From contig CAYPSW010000005.1 of the NCBI GenBank assembly GCA_964413685.1, positions 35,394-99,393 on the forward strand: 64,000 nt of DNA, read 5' to 3'. The notes beneath the pieces are model-generated. The model saw only the letters and a program-made list of their open reading frames with translations. It had not been told where the DNA came from and searched no databases. The translations under genes and the position numbers were made by a program. Shown here in pieces: positions 47,154 through 56,902 of this stretch (positions are counted from its first letter, which is position 1; the number at the start of each line of letters is the position of its first letter). Source of the stretch: an uncultured Chitinophagales bacterium. Lineage in GTDB: Bacteria > Bacteroidota > Bacteroidia > Chitinophagales > S012-47.

Positions 47154-48209
47154 ATGAATAGAAGCATCTTAATTACAGGTGGTGCTGGCTTTATTGGCAG
47201 TCATGTGGTTCGTCATTTCTTGACGAAGTACCCGAATTACAAGATTGTTAATCTTGATTTGCTTACCTATGCCGGCAATCTTGAGAATCTGCTGGATGTT
47301 GAATCGCTTCCTAACTATAAATTTGTAAAAGGAGACATTCGTGATAAAACAATGCTTGATGATTTATTTAAGCACCATCAGTTTGATGCGCTAATTCATC
47401 TTGCTGCTGAATCGCATGTTGACCGGTCTATTTCCCATCCGCTCGATTTTTTAACAACCAATGTCCTCGGAACAGTTAATCTATTGCAAACTGCAAAAAA
47501 ATACTGGCAAAGCCATTGGGACGGAAAGCTATTCTATCATGTTTCTACAGATGAAGTGTATGGATCTTTGGGTGAAACCGGCATGTTTACAGAGCAAACC
47601 CCTTATGACCCCCATTCGCCCTATTCAGCTTCAAAAGCTTCGAGTGATCATTTTGTGAGAGCATATCACGACACCTATAATATGCCGGTAGTCATTTCTA
47701 ATTGCTCTAATAATTATGGACCCAACCAATTTCCGGAAAAGCTACTTCCTCTTTTTATCAATAATATCAGAAACAACAAGCCATTGCCCGTTTATGGCGA
47801 TGGAGGAAATACAAGGGATTGGCTTTGGGTGAAAGACCACGCGGCTGCCATCGATTTGATTTTTCACCATGGGACCATCAGAGAAACTTACAATATTGGC
47901 GGTTTTAACGAGTGGAAAAATATTGATTTAATCAGGTTGCTTTGTACAGTTTGCGATAAGCAATTGGACAGAGAAAAAGGTAGCTCTGAAAAGCTCATCA
48001 CCTTTGTAACAGACCGACCTGGGCACGATAGAAGATATGCCATTGATGCGAGTAAGCTGGCCTCAACATTGAACTTTAAACCTTCCATAAATTTTGAAAA
48101 AGGTCTGGAGTTAACGGTAAAATGGTATCTTGAAAACAGACAATGGCTTGATAATGTAACTTCAGGTATATACCAAACATACTACGAACAACAGTATCAA
48201 AATCGATAA
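47154..48209 (+). CDS. rfbB: dTDP-glucose 4,6-dehydratase
   Basis: TGGAGFIGSH, AAESHVDRSI, STDEVYG, YSASK and DRPGHDRRYAID motifs. Confidence 0.96.
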   Translation: MNRSILITGGAGFIGSHVVRHFLTKYPNYKIVNLDLLTYAGNLENLLDVESLPNYKFVKGDIRDKTMLDDLFKHHQFDALIHLAAESHVDRSISHPLDFLTTNVLGTVNLLQTAKKYWQSHWDGKLFYHVSTDEVYGSLGETGMFTEQTPYDPHSPYSASKASSDHFVRAYHDTYNMPVVISNCSNNYGPNQFPEKLLPLFINNIRNNKPLPVYGDGGNTRDWLWVKDHAAAIDLIFHHGTIRETYNIGGFNEWKNIDLIRLLCTVCDKQLDREKGSSEKLITFVTDRPGHDRRYAIDASKLASTLNFKPSINFEKGLELTVKWYLENRQWLDNVTSGIYQTYYEQQYQNR

Positions 48210-48216
48210 TCTACAT

Positions 48217-49209
48217 ATGTACGAAAAGTCTTTTGAACATGCTGACCTTAGCTCTAAAAAGATATTAGTAAGCGGAGGTGCTGGCTTCATCGGATCGAAT
48301 ATCGTGGAATACTTTTTAAAGCAAGGAGCTAAAAAAGTTCGGGTATTAGATAATTTGTCCACCGGACATAAGAAAAATATAGAAGAGTTTTTCAAAAATC
48401 CTTCTTTCGAATTTATTAAAGGTGATATCCGGTCGATGGATGATTGCATTCGGGCATGTCAGGGCATGGACATGCTTTCTCATCAGGCAGCCTTAGGATC
48501 GGTTCCGCGTTCAGTTAAAGACCCGGTGACTACTCATGAAGTGAACTCTGGTGGATTTGTAAACCTGCTTTTTGCGGCAAAAGAAGCGGGTATTCATCGG
48601 GTAGTGTATGCGTCTTCATCTTCGGTTTATGGAGATAATAAGGATACTCCGAAAACTGAATCTAAAACGGGTCGGGTCCTTTCTCCTTATGCCGCCAGTA
48701 AGGTATCGAATGAAATATTTGCAGGGGTATTCAGCAAATGCTATGGGATGAATATTTCAGGCTTGAGATATTTTAATGTATTTGGACCCAGGCAAGATCC
48801 TGAAGGACCCTATGCTGCAGTGATTCCACTATTTATCAAACAGGCTCTTTCAAACAAACCAAGCACAATTCATGGTGATGGAAAGCAATCGCGCGATTTT
48901 ACTTTTGTCGAAAATGTCGTTCAGGCCAACGCATTGGCTCTTTCAAATGTTAATAAATCTCTCGCGGGTGAAGTATTTAATGTTGCTTGTGGAATAAGCT
49001 ATTCAATTCTTAATCTTCATAAATCAATCAATACCCTATGTGGCAAAAATCTGATGCCTATTTTCGGCCCCTATCGGGAGGGTGATATAAAAGATAGTCT
49101 TGCGAGTATTCATAAGATTTCAGATGCATTACAATATTTTCCTACAGTAGATTTTGTAAAAGGTCTGGAAATAACTGTAACATATTTCAAAGAGCTAAAT
49201 AAATATTGA
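48217..49209 (+). CDS. UDP-GlcNAc/GlcNAcA C4-epimerase (WbpP/TviC-like SDR)
   Basis: GGAGFIGSN, HQAALGSVPRS, YAASK and RYFNVFGPRQDPEGPYAAVIP motifs. Confidence 0.9.
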   Translation: MYEKSFEHADLSSKKILVSGGAGFIGSNIVEYFLKQGAKKVRVLDNLSTGHKKNIEEFFKNPSFEFIKGDIRSMDDCIRACQGMDMLSHQAALGSVPRSVKDPVTTHEVNSGGFVNLLFAAKEAGIHRVVYASSSSVYGDNKDTPKTESKTGRVLSPYAASKVSNEIFAGVFSKCYGMNISGLRYFNVFGPRQDPEGPYAAVIPLFIKQALSNKPSTIHGDGKQSRDFTFVENVVQANALALSNVNKSLAGEVFNVACGISYSILNLHKSINTLCGKNLMPIFGPYREGDIKDSLASIHKISDALQYFPTVDFVKGLEITVTYFKELNKY

Positions 49210-49970
49210 GCATGTCGGCTGCCTGGTTAAATAAACTTTTTAGACCATCGCTTAAGCAAATAGCAGACTTTAGCTTTCTTGGTGTTGATATGCATTCACA
49301 TTTATTGCCCGGCATTGATGATGGTGCACAAACCATGGAAGAATCCGTTGAATTGATTCTTGGATTAGTTGATCTTGGCTTTACCAAATTGGTGACGACT
49401 CCTCATATTATGATTGATGGTTTTGTTAATACTGCGGAGATTATCAATAATAAACTAAAAATTCTTCGAGAAAGGTTGGCCATTGAAGCTATTGATATAC
49501 AAATTGAGGCAGCTGCTGAATATTTCCTTGATGAAGGTTTTCTGAAGGATATCAAAAATAATGAATTACTATCTTTTGGCCCGGGCAATTATGTGCTTTT
49601 CGAATTATCTTATATAAATAAACCGGGTAATCTTGAACAAGTGATATTCGATTTATGTTCTAAGGGCTATACCCCTGTATTGGCTCATGCCGAGCGATAT
49701 ACTTACTACCATGCTGAATCGCTATCTGCCTACAGAAATATTATCAATGCAGGGGCTCTGCTTCAAACAAATATTCTATCTATTGACGGACTGTACAAGT
49801 CAGAAAACAGGTATTTTGCTGAATTACTGGTGAAACAAGGATTAATTAGTTTTTTGGGGACTGATTTGCATCATATTCGTCAATTAGAATTGCTACGCAA
49901 ATCGTTGAAAGCAAAGTATGTTAAATTTGCGAAAGAAAAAAATAAATTGTTAAACTCAATACTACAATAA
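49206..49970 (+). CDS. PHP-family tyrosine phosphatase (CpsB/CapC-like)
   Basis: DMHSHLLPGIDDGA, TPH, AAEY, LAHAERY and GTDLH motifs. Confidence 0.9.
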   Translation: MSMSAAWLNKLFRPSLKQIADFSFLGVDMHSHLLPGIDDGAQTMEESVELILGLVDLGFTKLVTTPHIMIDGFVNTAEIINNKLKILRERLAIEAIDIQIEAAAEYFLDEGFLKDIKNNELLSFGPGNYVLFELSYINKPGNLEQVIFDLCSKGYTPVLAHAERYTYYHAESLSAYRNIINAGALLQTNILSIDGLYKSENRYFAELLVKQGLISFLGTDLHHIRQLELLRKSLKAKYVKFAKEKNKLLNSILQ

Positions 49971-49971
49971 T

Positions 49972-50538
49972 TTGGCTTTCAAAATTGAAACAGATAAAAT
50001 TGAAGGACTACTGATTATATCTCCTGAAGTGTATAGGGACAGTAGGGGGTATTTTTTTGAAAGTTATCATTCAAAAATATTTGAAGAATATCATTTGAAG
50101 TATCATTTTATTCAGGATAATCAATCAAAATCAGTATATGGAACGATCAGAGGATTGCACTATCAGATTGAACCTTTTGCACAGGTAAAATTAGTGCGGG
50201 TTGTTCAGGGCGAAGTATTGGATGTGGTACTTGATATCAGGCAGAATTCTCCCACTTACGGACATAAATTTGAAATTGTATTATCTGCTGAAAATCATAA
50301 ACAGTTACTGGTTCCAAAGGGCTTTGCACATGGATTCTCTGTTTTATCTGAAGAGGCGGTGTTTTGTTACAAATGTGATAACTATTATCATAAATCAGCC
50401 GAGCGTGGCATTCGGTTTAACGACCCGGCTTTGGATATTGACTGGAGATTGGAAGCTTCGACCAGGATCGTTTCGGAGAAAGATATGAAATTACCTTATC
50501 TTGCAGATGCTGAGATAAATTTTGTGTATCATGGATGA
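49972..50538 (+). CDS. rfbC: dTDP-4-dehydrorhamnose 3,5-epimerase
   Basis: DSRGYFFESY, QDNQSKS, RGLHYQ and PKGFAHGF motifs. Confidence 0.96.
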   Translation: MAFKIETDKIEGLLIISPEVYRDSRGYFFESYHSKIFEEYHLKYHFIQDNQSKSVYGTIRGLHYQIEPFAQVKLVRVVQGEVLDVVLDIRQNSPTYGHKFEIVLSAENHKQLLVPKGFAHGFSVLSEEAVFCYKCDNYYHKSAERGIRFNDPALDIDWRLEASTRIVSEKDMKLPYLADAEINFVYHG

Positions 50539-51424
50539 TGACGTTCCTATTATTCTTGTGACAGGTGCCGGAGGTCAACTGGCTTCTGAGCTGGAAGCTA
50601 TTGCTGTTGAATATCCCATTTTTCAATTTCTCTTCCTCGATCAGGAAACCTTGGATATTACCGATCGAAGTGAATTATCAGCTTTTTTTAAGTCAAATAA
50701 AATTAAGTATTGCTTAAACACGGCTGCATATACGGCAGTTGACAGAGCAGAAAGTGAATATGAGGAAGCTTTAGCTGTAAACGGAACAGCTGTAGGGCAT
50801 CTGGCCGAATTATGTAATGAGTGTAATACAAAACTTATTCATATATCTACTGATTTTGTGTTTGACGGACTCAGTGATTTACCTTATTTAGAAACGGATA
50901 AGACTAATCCGATAAATGCTTATGGTAGAACCAAGCTGCTAGGAGAGAAACTTGCGATTAGTAATGCATCATCATGTCATATTATCAGAACTTCCTGGCT
51001 GTACGGGAAGAATGGAAACAATTTCATTCAAACTATGATACGTTTGGGTCAAAGCCGTGATGTAGTCAGGGTAGTAAATGATCAATTTGGATCTCCTACT
51101 TATGCAGCTGATTTAGCAATTGCTATCATGGAGATGATTACTCACCCTGAATTTGACCAGACCTGTGGTATTTACCATTACAGTAATGAAGGAGCTATCT
51201 CCTGGTTTGATTTTGCTCACGAAATTTTTGAAACAGCCGGATTAAAGGCAAAACTTGAGGCTGTCAGCTCCTCAGAATATCTGATGCCGGCAAAACGACC
51301 AACATATAGCGTACTCGATACTTTAAAAATTAAATCAAATTTCAGTATTTCAATCCCGAATTGGAAAGAAAGTCTGCATCATTATTTGCAGTTGACAAGG
51401 CAGAAAAAAAGGACTTTGTTTTAA
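50531..51424 (+). CDS. rfbD: dTDP-4-dehydrorhamnose reductase
   Basis: GAGGQL, AAYTAVD, STDFVFDG, YGRTK and DQFGSPT motifs; ATG 50531 preferred as start. Confidence 0.95.
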   Translation: MDDDVPIILVTGAGGQLASELEAIAVEYPIFQFLFLDQETLDITDRSELSAFFKSNKIKYCLNTAAYTAVDRAESEYEEALAVNGTAVGHLAELCNECNTKLIHISTDFVFDGLSDLPYLETDKTNPINAYGRTKLLGEKLAISNASSCHIIRTSWLYGKNGNNFIQTMIRLGQSRDVVRVVNDQFGSPTYAADLAIAIMEMITHPEFDQTCGIYHYSNEGAISWFDFAHEIFETAGLKAKLEAVSSSEYLMPAKRPTYSVLDTLKIKSNFSISIPNWKESLHHYLQLTRQKKRTLF

Positions 51425-52122
51425 TCGTACAATGCGCAGATTTGGACGAGACTTTCAGGTCTTTTGATAATTATCTTAGTCTTATCTGTTTCTATAATAT
51501 TACTATCCTTGAACTCCTTTAAAATTCTGATAGCTGTTTCCTTTACTGTTCCGATCAATGAGGCAAGATCTTCACGAGTAACGGATATGATACCATCCGG
51601 ATTGGTTTCATCACGGAAAGTTGTTTGTAGTAATAGCAGAGCTTCTGCTAAACGACCCCTAACGGGTTTATAGGCCATATCAGCAATTTTCCTATAGCTA
51701 TCATCAAGGGAGGAAGAAAGCAAATTAATTAAACTTTCTGAAAAACGTTCATTTGTTCGAAATAGTTGTTGGATATAATCTTTTGGAATCATGCAGACAA
51801 CACACTCTTCGAGAGCAGCTGCTGAAGTTGGATAAACAGTATTCGCCAACAGAGAAGAGTAACCCAAAAATTCACCCGGTTTAACAATTCTAATAATCTG
51901 CTCTTTGCCGTCAGAGGCATATTTATACAATTTGATTTTCCCCTGATTTATACAATATAAGCCTATTGGATTCGATTCCTCCTGAAATATAATCTGACCT
52001 CTCTTATATTTCATACAGCTTTTCCGGCTATCCAGATTATCCAGCTCATCCAAATGGCAAAAATGGAAGAGATTATCTTTTCTGGCTTTGCAATGTTCGC
52101 AGTCAGGCGGTGAAAATTTCAT
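51421..52122 (-). CDS. Crp/Fnr-family regulator with an N-terminal Cys cluster (FNR-like)
   Basis: CEHC...FC N-terminus, cNMP-binding-like barrel, C-terminal HTH VTREDLASLIGTVKETAIRIL. Confidence 0.92.
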   Translation of the reverse strand: MKFSPPDCEHCKARKDNLFHFCHLDELDNLDSRKSCMKYKRGQIIFQEESNPIGLYCINQGKIKLYKYASDGKEQIIRIVKPGEFLGYSSLLANTVYPTSAAALEECVVCMIPKDYIQQLFRTNERFSESLINLLSSSLDDSYRKIADMAYKPVRGRLAEALLLLQTTFRDETNPDGIISVTREDLASLIGTVKETAIRILKEFKDSNIIETDKTKIIIKRPESLVQICALYD

Positions 52123-52256
52123 AGCTTACTTCAAGGTAGCTGTAAAAATAACTATCAGGCTCAAGTTATCAAAGGTATTTCATGCCAAATAATAGAGATA
52201 GAATAACAATATTTGTAATTAAGCAATAATTTTGAAATGAATGAAAACTCAATCGT

Positions 52257-53099
52257 TTAAATATTTAAAGTAAATACCGGAATTTTAGTTTGAAAAGTTA
52301 AATCACGGCCCATTGTTTTGCCAAAGGCAGTATCAATTAGAATTCCTTTATGATTGAGGACAAAAATTATATCCGTTGCATTTTCGTTCACAAAATGGTT
52401 CACACCATCTACAACATTTTTATTCTGTAATAGTTTCAATTCGATATTGTTGAAAGTATTGAGCTTTAAAATCGTATCGTGATAGTTTTTCATTCTGAAC
52501 GCTTCCATACTTTTTTTGTCAGTAGCCATGTGTATCAGGCAAAATTTTGGATGAAAATGTTTCTCGTATATTTTTAGGAAAGCAATGGCGTTTGAAGTTA
52601 ATAATCCAAGATCATCGATGAGAATCATGTGCTTTATCAATGTAAAAGTTGCATCTTTTGGAATAATTAAAACAGGAATTTTACTCTTTAAAATAAGAGT
52701 TGCCGAAACCGAGCCAAGCGCGTTGTCTACATTGATTCTGGCACCCCGATTACCCATCATAACACAGTCGTATTTACCCTTAGCAATTTGCTTTAGAATT
52801 TCTGCTGTTGGATGGCCTACACCTGCTTTATAATGAATTGATTTATTTGTAAAGGTATCATTACTTACATGATGAATAACTTCAAAAAGTGATTCTTTTA
52901 TTGTGAACTCAATTTCATCTGAAAGCCTTTTTTGATTTTGCAGCCGGGTTAATGACAATGTATGTAATGGTGGCTCTGATTCATTGAAAGCATGAAAAAT
53001 GGTTATTTCAGCATGAATAGCATTGGCAAACTTCAGTGCATAAACCAAAGCACTGGTAGAATTTGAAGAGAAATCTGCTGGGAATAAAATATGCTTCAT
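52257..53099 (-). CDS. Universal stress protein (tandem USP domains)
   Basis: MKHILFPADFSSNS...VMMGNRG...GSVSATLILKSKIPVLIIP. Confidence 0.88.
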   Translation of the reverse strand: MKHILFPADFSSNSTSALVYALKFANAIHAEITIFHAFNESEPPLHTLSLTRLQNQKRLSDEIEFTIKESLFEVIHHVSNDTFTNKSIHYKAGVGHPTAEILKQIAKGKYDCVMMGNRGARINVDNALGSVSATLILKSKIPVLIIPKDATFTLIKHMILIDDLGLLTSNAIAFLKIYEKHFHPKFCLIHMATDKKSMEAFRMKNYHDTILKLNTFNNIELKLLQNKNVVDGVNHFVNENATDIIFVLNHKGILIDTAFGKTMGRDLTFQTKIPVFTLNI

Positions 53100-54028
53100 T
53101 AAAGATCAGTAACAGCCTTCATGATATTTGCAAAATTAAATTCCTCTTCTTTTTTCTTCACAATTAGTAAAGGACATCCAAAGTCAACCCGGGTCATTTT
53201 TTCAGCTGTGGTTCCAATAAAAATAGTTGATTCTGTACTCTTTCCTTTCGATCCAATAATGATAATATCAACATGTTTCCTATGTGCCATGTCTTTGATA
53301 ACCTGAACAATCGGCCAATCGTTATCAGGTGTAAACATTGGAGTGATATGCACGTCCTTGGTATCAATTTCTGAAATACATTCATTGTATTTTTTTGCAC
53401 TGTGGTCTAGAATTAGCTGTTTAAATGCTGCTGTACTCATGTCAGGCCTATATTTCTTTTCTGGAATATGGAAAACATGTTCACAGAAAATAGTAGCATC
53501 AGGATTGATTTGTGCCAATAAAATGGCTTCGCCCATTGCCAGTTTTGAGAAATTTGAAAAATCGTTACACACCAGAATTTCATTTAAGCGCATTTTGGGT
53601 TTTTCCGGAATAAATACTACTGAGCATTGAATACGCCTGACAATTTGTTGAGCTGCAATTCCTTTCCCTTTTAGCTCTTTCTTTTTACCTACTACCAGTA
53701 GATCAATATTTTTATTGCTGGCAAAATCTAAAATTTCTGTTGCAGGTGAATTAGGTTTAATTGCAAACTCAATATCAATATTGTCAGAGCTGTCAAAGAA
53801 TTGTTCAACCTCCTCCTTAAGTTCATTTATTAATTCCTCATCCTTAGGCATTATTAAATTTAAATCCAAACCTTCCATCATGCCTGTAACTTCAGGTGAA
53901 TCTGTGGCGTGAATAAAATAAATTTTATCTGGCTGAATCCACTTGCTGAGAAAACTTACATAATTGATTATGGAACGATCCATTAAACTCAAATCAAGTC
54001 CCACCAATATTCTTTTGTAATTTGTCAT
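53099..54028 (-). CDS. Universal stress protein (tandem USP domains)
   Basis: KRILVGLDLS, IDLLVVG, ILVCNDFS and IIIGSKG...GTTAE motifs. Confidence 0.9.
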   Translation of the reverse strand: MTNYKRILVGLDLSLMDRSIINYVSFLSKWIQPDKIYFIHATDSPEVTGMMEGLDLNLIMPKDEELINELKEEVEQFFDSSDNIDIEFAIKPNSPATEILDFASNKNIDLLVVGKKKELKGKGIAAQQIVRRIQCSVVFIPEKPKMRLNEILVCNDFSNFSKLAMGEAILLAQINPDATIFCEHVFHIPEKKYRPDMSTAAFKQLILDHSAKKYNECISEIDTKDVHITPMFTPDNDWPIVQVIKDMAHRKHVDIIIIGSKGKSTESTIFIGTTAEKMTRVDFGCPLLIVKKKEEEFNFANIMKAVTDL

Positions 54029-54081
54029 CTTTTCTTTCTTTTAAAAGTTAATAAATCAAGAAAACAGTAAAAAAAGTATGA

Positions 54082-54477
54082 TCATGCATTCTGCTCTGCC
54101 CAAGAATCCATAAGAAAATGCTTTACATCCTGCATCATTTCCCGATATATTTTGTCATAAGATACAAAAGCATTCCGTGATCCTGTATGATCTCTGATGC
54201 TTGTTTCAGTATTGTTTTGATTTAATATTTCTTGCTCGTGTTTTGCAATACTTGCTTTCAGACTTTGTAATACTTCAATTTGTTTATATAAAAGAGTACG
54301 ATATTTTTGAGCTTGATAATAACTTGGATTACGATTGCTAATATAGTATAGTTTGTCAAGTTGCAGAAAATATAGTTCTATTTCTTCTTGCTTAAAATTC
54401 AAATCGTGTTGCCAAAGTTTATGTTCAAATTTTATCTTCAGAATATCAGATTTTTTATTTTCAATTATTTGACTCAT
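54082..54477 (-). CDS. Uncharacterised helical, His-containing protein
   Basis: 131-aa ORF coupled by an ATGA overlap to the upstream USP gene. Confidence 0.7.
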   Translation of the reverse strand: MSQIIENKKSDILKIKFEHKLWQHDLNFKQEEIELYFLQLDKLYYISNRNPSYYQAQKYRTLLYKQIEVLQSLKASIAKHEQEILNQNNTETSIRDHTGSRNAFVSYDKIYREMMQDVKHFLMDSWAEQNA

Positions 54478-55388
54478 TTTTTCTGGCTTGGCTGTTTAAT
54501 CACTAATAATGGAATTGTATAATTATAGGTTAATAGACTTTCAGTAACACTTCCAATATGATTAGTTTTATGTTGAGATTGCCCTTTTGGTCCCATCATA
54601 ATTAGTTCGATCCCCTGCTTCTTTGCATACTTGAGAATCGAACTTGCTGGCCTATTATCAATATCTTCTATCAAGCTGATTTTAATATTTTCTTCAGGAA
54701 TGCTATTTCTTTTAAATAAATCTTTAAACGATGCATTAAGATTTGATTCAACAATTGCACGAAATTGACTAGGCGTTCTGTTTAATCTCAAATTTAATGT
54801 TGGCGCTGTGAAATAAATATGTTGGCAGGTTATTTTTTCAGTATAAAGTTGATTTGCAAGTTGGTATGCTTCTTTTAAGGTGTAGTCTGATGAAGCTGAA
54901 AAGTCAACTGGAATTAAAACTTTTTTAAATGATGAGATCTCTTTTTCAGGAACGAATAAAACGGAGCACTCAGACTTCCTAAGTAATCTTCCAGCGGTAA
55001 TACCGCTTCCTCTTTTTATATCTTTACGGCCAATAATTAACAAATCCACTTTATTAATATTCACCCAATGCAATAATTCAATAGATGGGGAACCTTCTAT
55101 TACTATTGATTCCCAGTCAATTTCGGCTGCATTATTTAATTGGTTTACGATAAAATCATCAATTTTAGCTTTTATCAATTCATTGTTCGATTCAAACTCT
55201 TTTTTCTCAATTTGATATTCCTTCAACCCAATATTAACTGAATCAATTGCTTTTCTTATGTGTATAAAGTATAGCTTGTTGACCTTTACTGTTTTGAGTA
55301 AAGCGTTCAAATATTGTATCAGCCGATTGTCCATGGCTGATAAATCTAAACAAATTATTATGCGTCTAATTGAACTCACCTCTCCCAT
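54474..55388 (-). CDS. Universal stress protein (tandem USP domains)
   Basis: RRIIICLDLS, VDLLIIG, VLIPVDFS and LIMMGPKG...GSVTE motifs. Confidence 0.9.
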   Translation of the reverse strand: MGEVSSIRRIIICLDLSAMDNRLIQYLNALLKTVKVNKLYFIHIRKAIDSVNIGLKEYQIEKKEFESNNELIKAKIDDFIVNQLNNAAEIDWESIVIEGSPSIELLHWVNINKVDLLIIGRKDIKRGSGITAGRLLRKSECSVLFVPEKEISSFKKVLIPVDFSASSDYTLKEAYQLANQLYTEKITCQHIYFTAPTLNLRLNRTPSQFRAIVESNLNASFKDLFKRNSIPEENIKISLIEDIDNRPASSILKYAKKQGIELIMMGPKGQSQHKTNHIGSVTESLLTYNYTIPLLVIKQPSQKK

Positions 55389-55428
55389 TGAATGAATTCA
55401 AATGTATTTTTATTGATTGAGGCCGTAA

Positions 55429-55464
55429 GTGACTCTAATCATTTAAAGAGGTGACTTTTGTCAC
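55429..55464. promoter_or_regulatory. Two CRP/FNR-like TGA-N6-TCA boxes
   Basis: GTGActctaaTCAT (55429-55442) and GTGActtttgTCAC (55451-55464), centres 22 bp apart, upstream of the USP operon. Confidence 0.55.
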
Positions 55465-55547
55465 TTAATAGTATTCAGAATTCTATTAAAAGCGTAATTG
55501 GACATTTCCATTTATATTTGCAGTCTTATCAAGTAAAATTCCTTAAA

Positions 55548-56324
55548 GTGTATCATCAAATTGATTGGCAAATTTTAATAGATATAGTTCAGCGTGCAGG
55601 GGATGCTATTTTGCAAGTGTATGAGGGAAAAAACATTGCTGTAGAATTTAAATCAGATGAAAGTCCCTTGACATTGGCAGATAAAAAATCGAATGATGTC
55701 ATAAATATGGGCTTGAAAAGTCATTTTCCATCCATCCCTATTATTTCAGAGGAAAATCATGAGATTCGCTATAGCGACAGAAAAAATTGGGAAGTTTGTT
55801 GGATTGTAGATCCACTTGATGGAACCAAAGAGTTTATTAAAAGAAATGGCGAATTCACAGTCAATATTGGTCTGGCATTCCATAGCAGAATAGTTATGGG
55901 AATAATCTATGTGCCGGTATCAAAAGAGACGTATATTGGAAGGAAGGGGGAAGGTGCATGGCACATTGATGCAGATGGCATAAAGACTAAATTACAAGTT
56001 AGCAAGCCTGACAATGGCACGTTTATAATGGCTGCTAGCCGTTCGCACCCATCAGAAGCGTTTGATAGATATAAAAACAACCGAATTAAAAACTTCCAAG
56101 ATATTGAATTTATAAATGCAGGATCTTCCTTAAAATTCTGTCTGGTTGCATCAGGCGAAGCACATGAATATCCACGTCTCGGACCAACTATGGAATGGGA
56201 CACAGCAGCGGGCCAGGCCATTGTAGAAGCAGCTGGAGGCCAAGTCTTGGCATATCCTTCAGGCAATCCATTAATGTATAATAAAGAGGATTTGCACAAT
56301 CCGAATTTTATAGTTGGCACCTGA
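55548..56324 (+). CDS. cysQ: 3'(2'),5'-bisphosphate nucleotidase CysQ (start uncertain)
   Basis: SPLTLAD, ISEE, VDPLDGTKEF, GSSLKFCLVA and EWDTAAG motifs. In-frame GTG 55548 preferred because TATATTTG lies at 55513-55520. Confidence 0.92.
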   Translation: MYHQIDWQILIDIVQRAGDAILQVYEGKNIAVEFKSDESPLTLADKKSNDVINMGLKSHFPSIPIISEENHEIRYSDRKNWEVCWIVDPLDGTKEFIKRNGEFTVNIGLAFHSRIVMGIIYVPVSKETYIGRKGEGAWHIDADGIKTKLQVSKPDNGTFIMAASRSHPSEAFDRYKNNRIKNFQDIEFINAGSSLKFCLVASGEAHEYPRLGPTMEWDTAAGQAIVEAAGGQVLAYPSGNPLMYNKEDLHNPNFIVGT

Positions 56325-56383
56325 GATATGAAAATATATTATTAATATTGTCCACGATACCCATAACTCATAAAACAAATTGA

Positions 56384-56896
56384 ATGAAAATTATAAAAAA
56401 TTGTGTAGTAAGTCTCGTTTTTGAATTACGTACAGGTTCAAAAAAGGGCCGGCTTATTGAAGAAATTGATCCGGAAAATCCTTTTATTTTTCTCTTTGGT
56501 TCGGGAATATTGTTACCAAATCTTGAAGCAGGTCTGCAGGGGTTGACAGCGGGTGATCATTTTCAAATTAGCCTGAAAGCGAAGGATGCGTATGGGCAAC
56601 CCAATCCCGAATCAATTCAGAAAATACCGATCGAGGTTTTTAAAAAAGAAGGCGAGAAAGAAGAAGAATATTTAAAATTGGGTCAGCGCTTATTCATGGA
56701 AGATCCGCATGGACAGGTATTTGAAGCTGAAGTACTCGAGATTAATGAGGATTCAGTAGTCATGGATTTTAATCATGCACTTGCCGGTGAAGATCTTTTT
56801 TTCACAGGAGAAATTTTATCAGTTAGAAAAGCCAAACCGGAAGAAATCCAGCATCAACACGTTCATGATGAACATGGCGGGCATCATCATCATTAA
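56384..56896 (+). CDS. slyD: FKBP-type peptidyl-prolyl isomerase, SlyD-like, with a His-rich tail
   Basis: AKDAYG, DFNHALAGEDLFF and C-terminal HQHVHDEHGGHHHH. Confidence 0.9.
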   Translation: MKIIKNCVVSLVFELRTGSKKGRLIEEIDPENPFIFLFGSGILLPNLEAGLQGLTAGDHFQISLKAKDAYGQPNPESIQKIPIEVFKKEGEKEEEYLKLGQRLFMEDPHGQVFEAEVLEINEDSVVMDFNHALAGEDLFFTGEILSVRKAKPEEIQHQHVHDEHGGHHHH

Positions 56897-56902
56897 TTTT
56901 TT

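Noticed and set aside
55458-55547. N-terminal extension of CysQ from the ORF-track TTG
   Set aside because: It overlaps the operator-like box and lies upstream of the -7 motif at 55513, so a later start is more likely. The same logic trims rplU, mpl, ugd, the HK and the 14070 ORF
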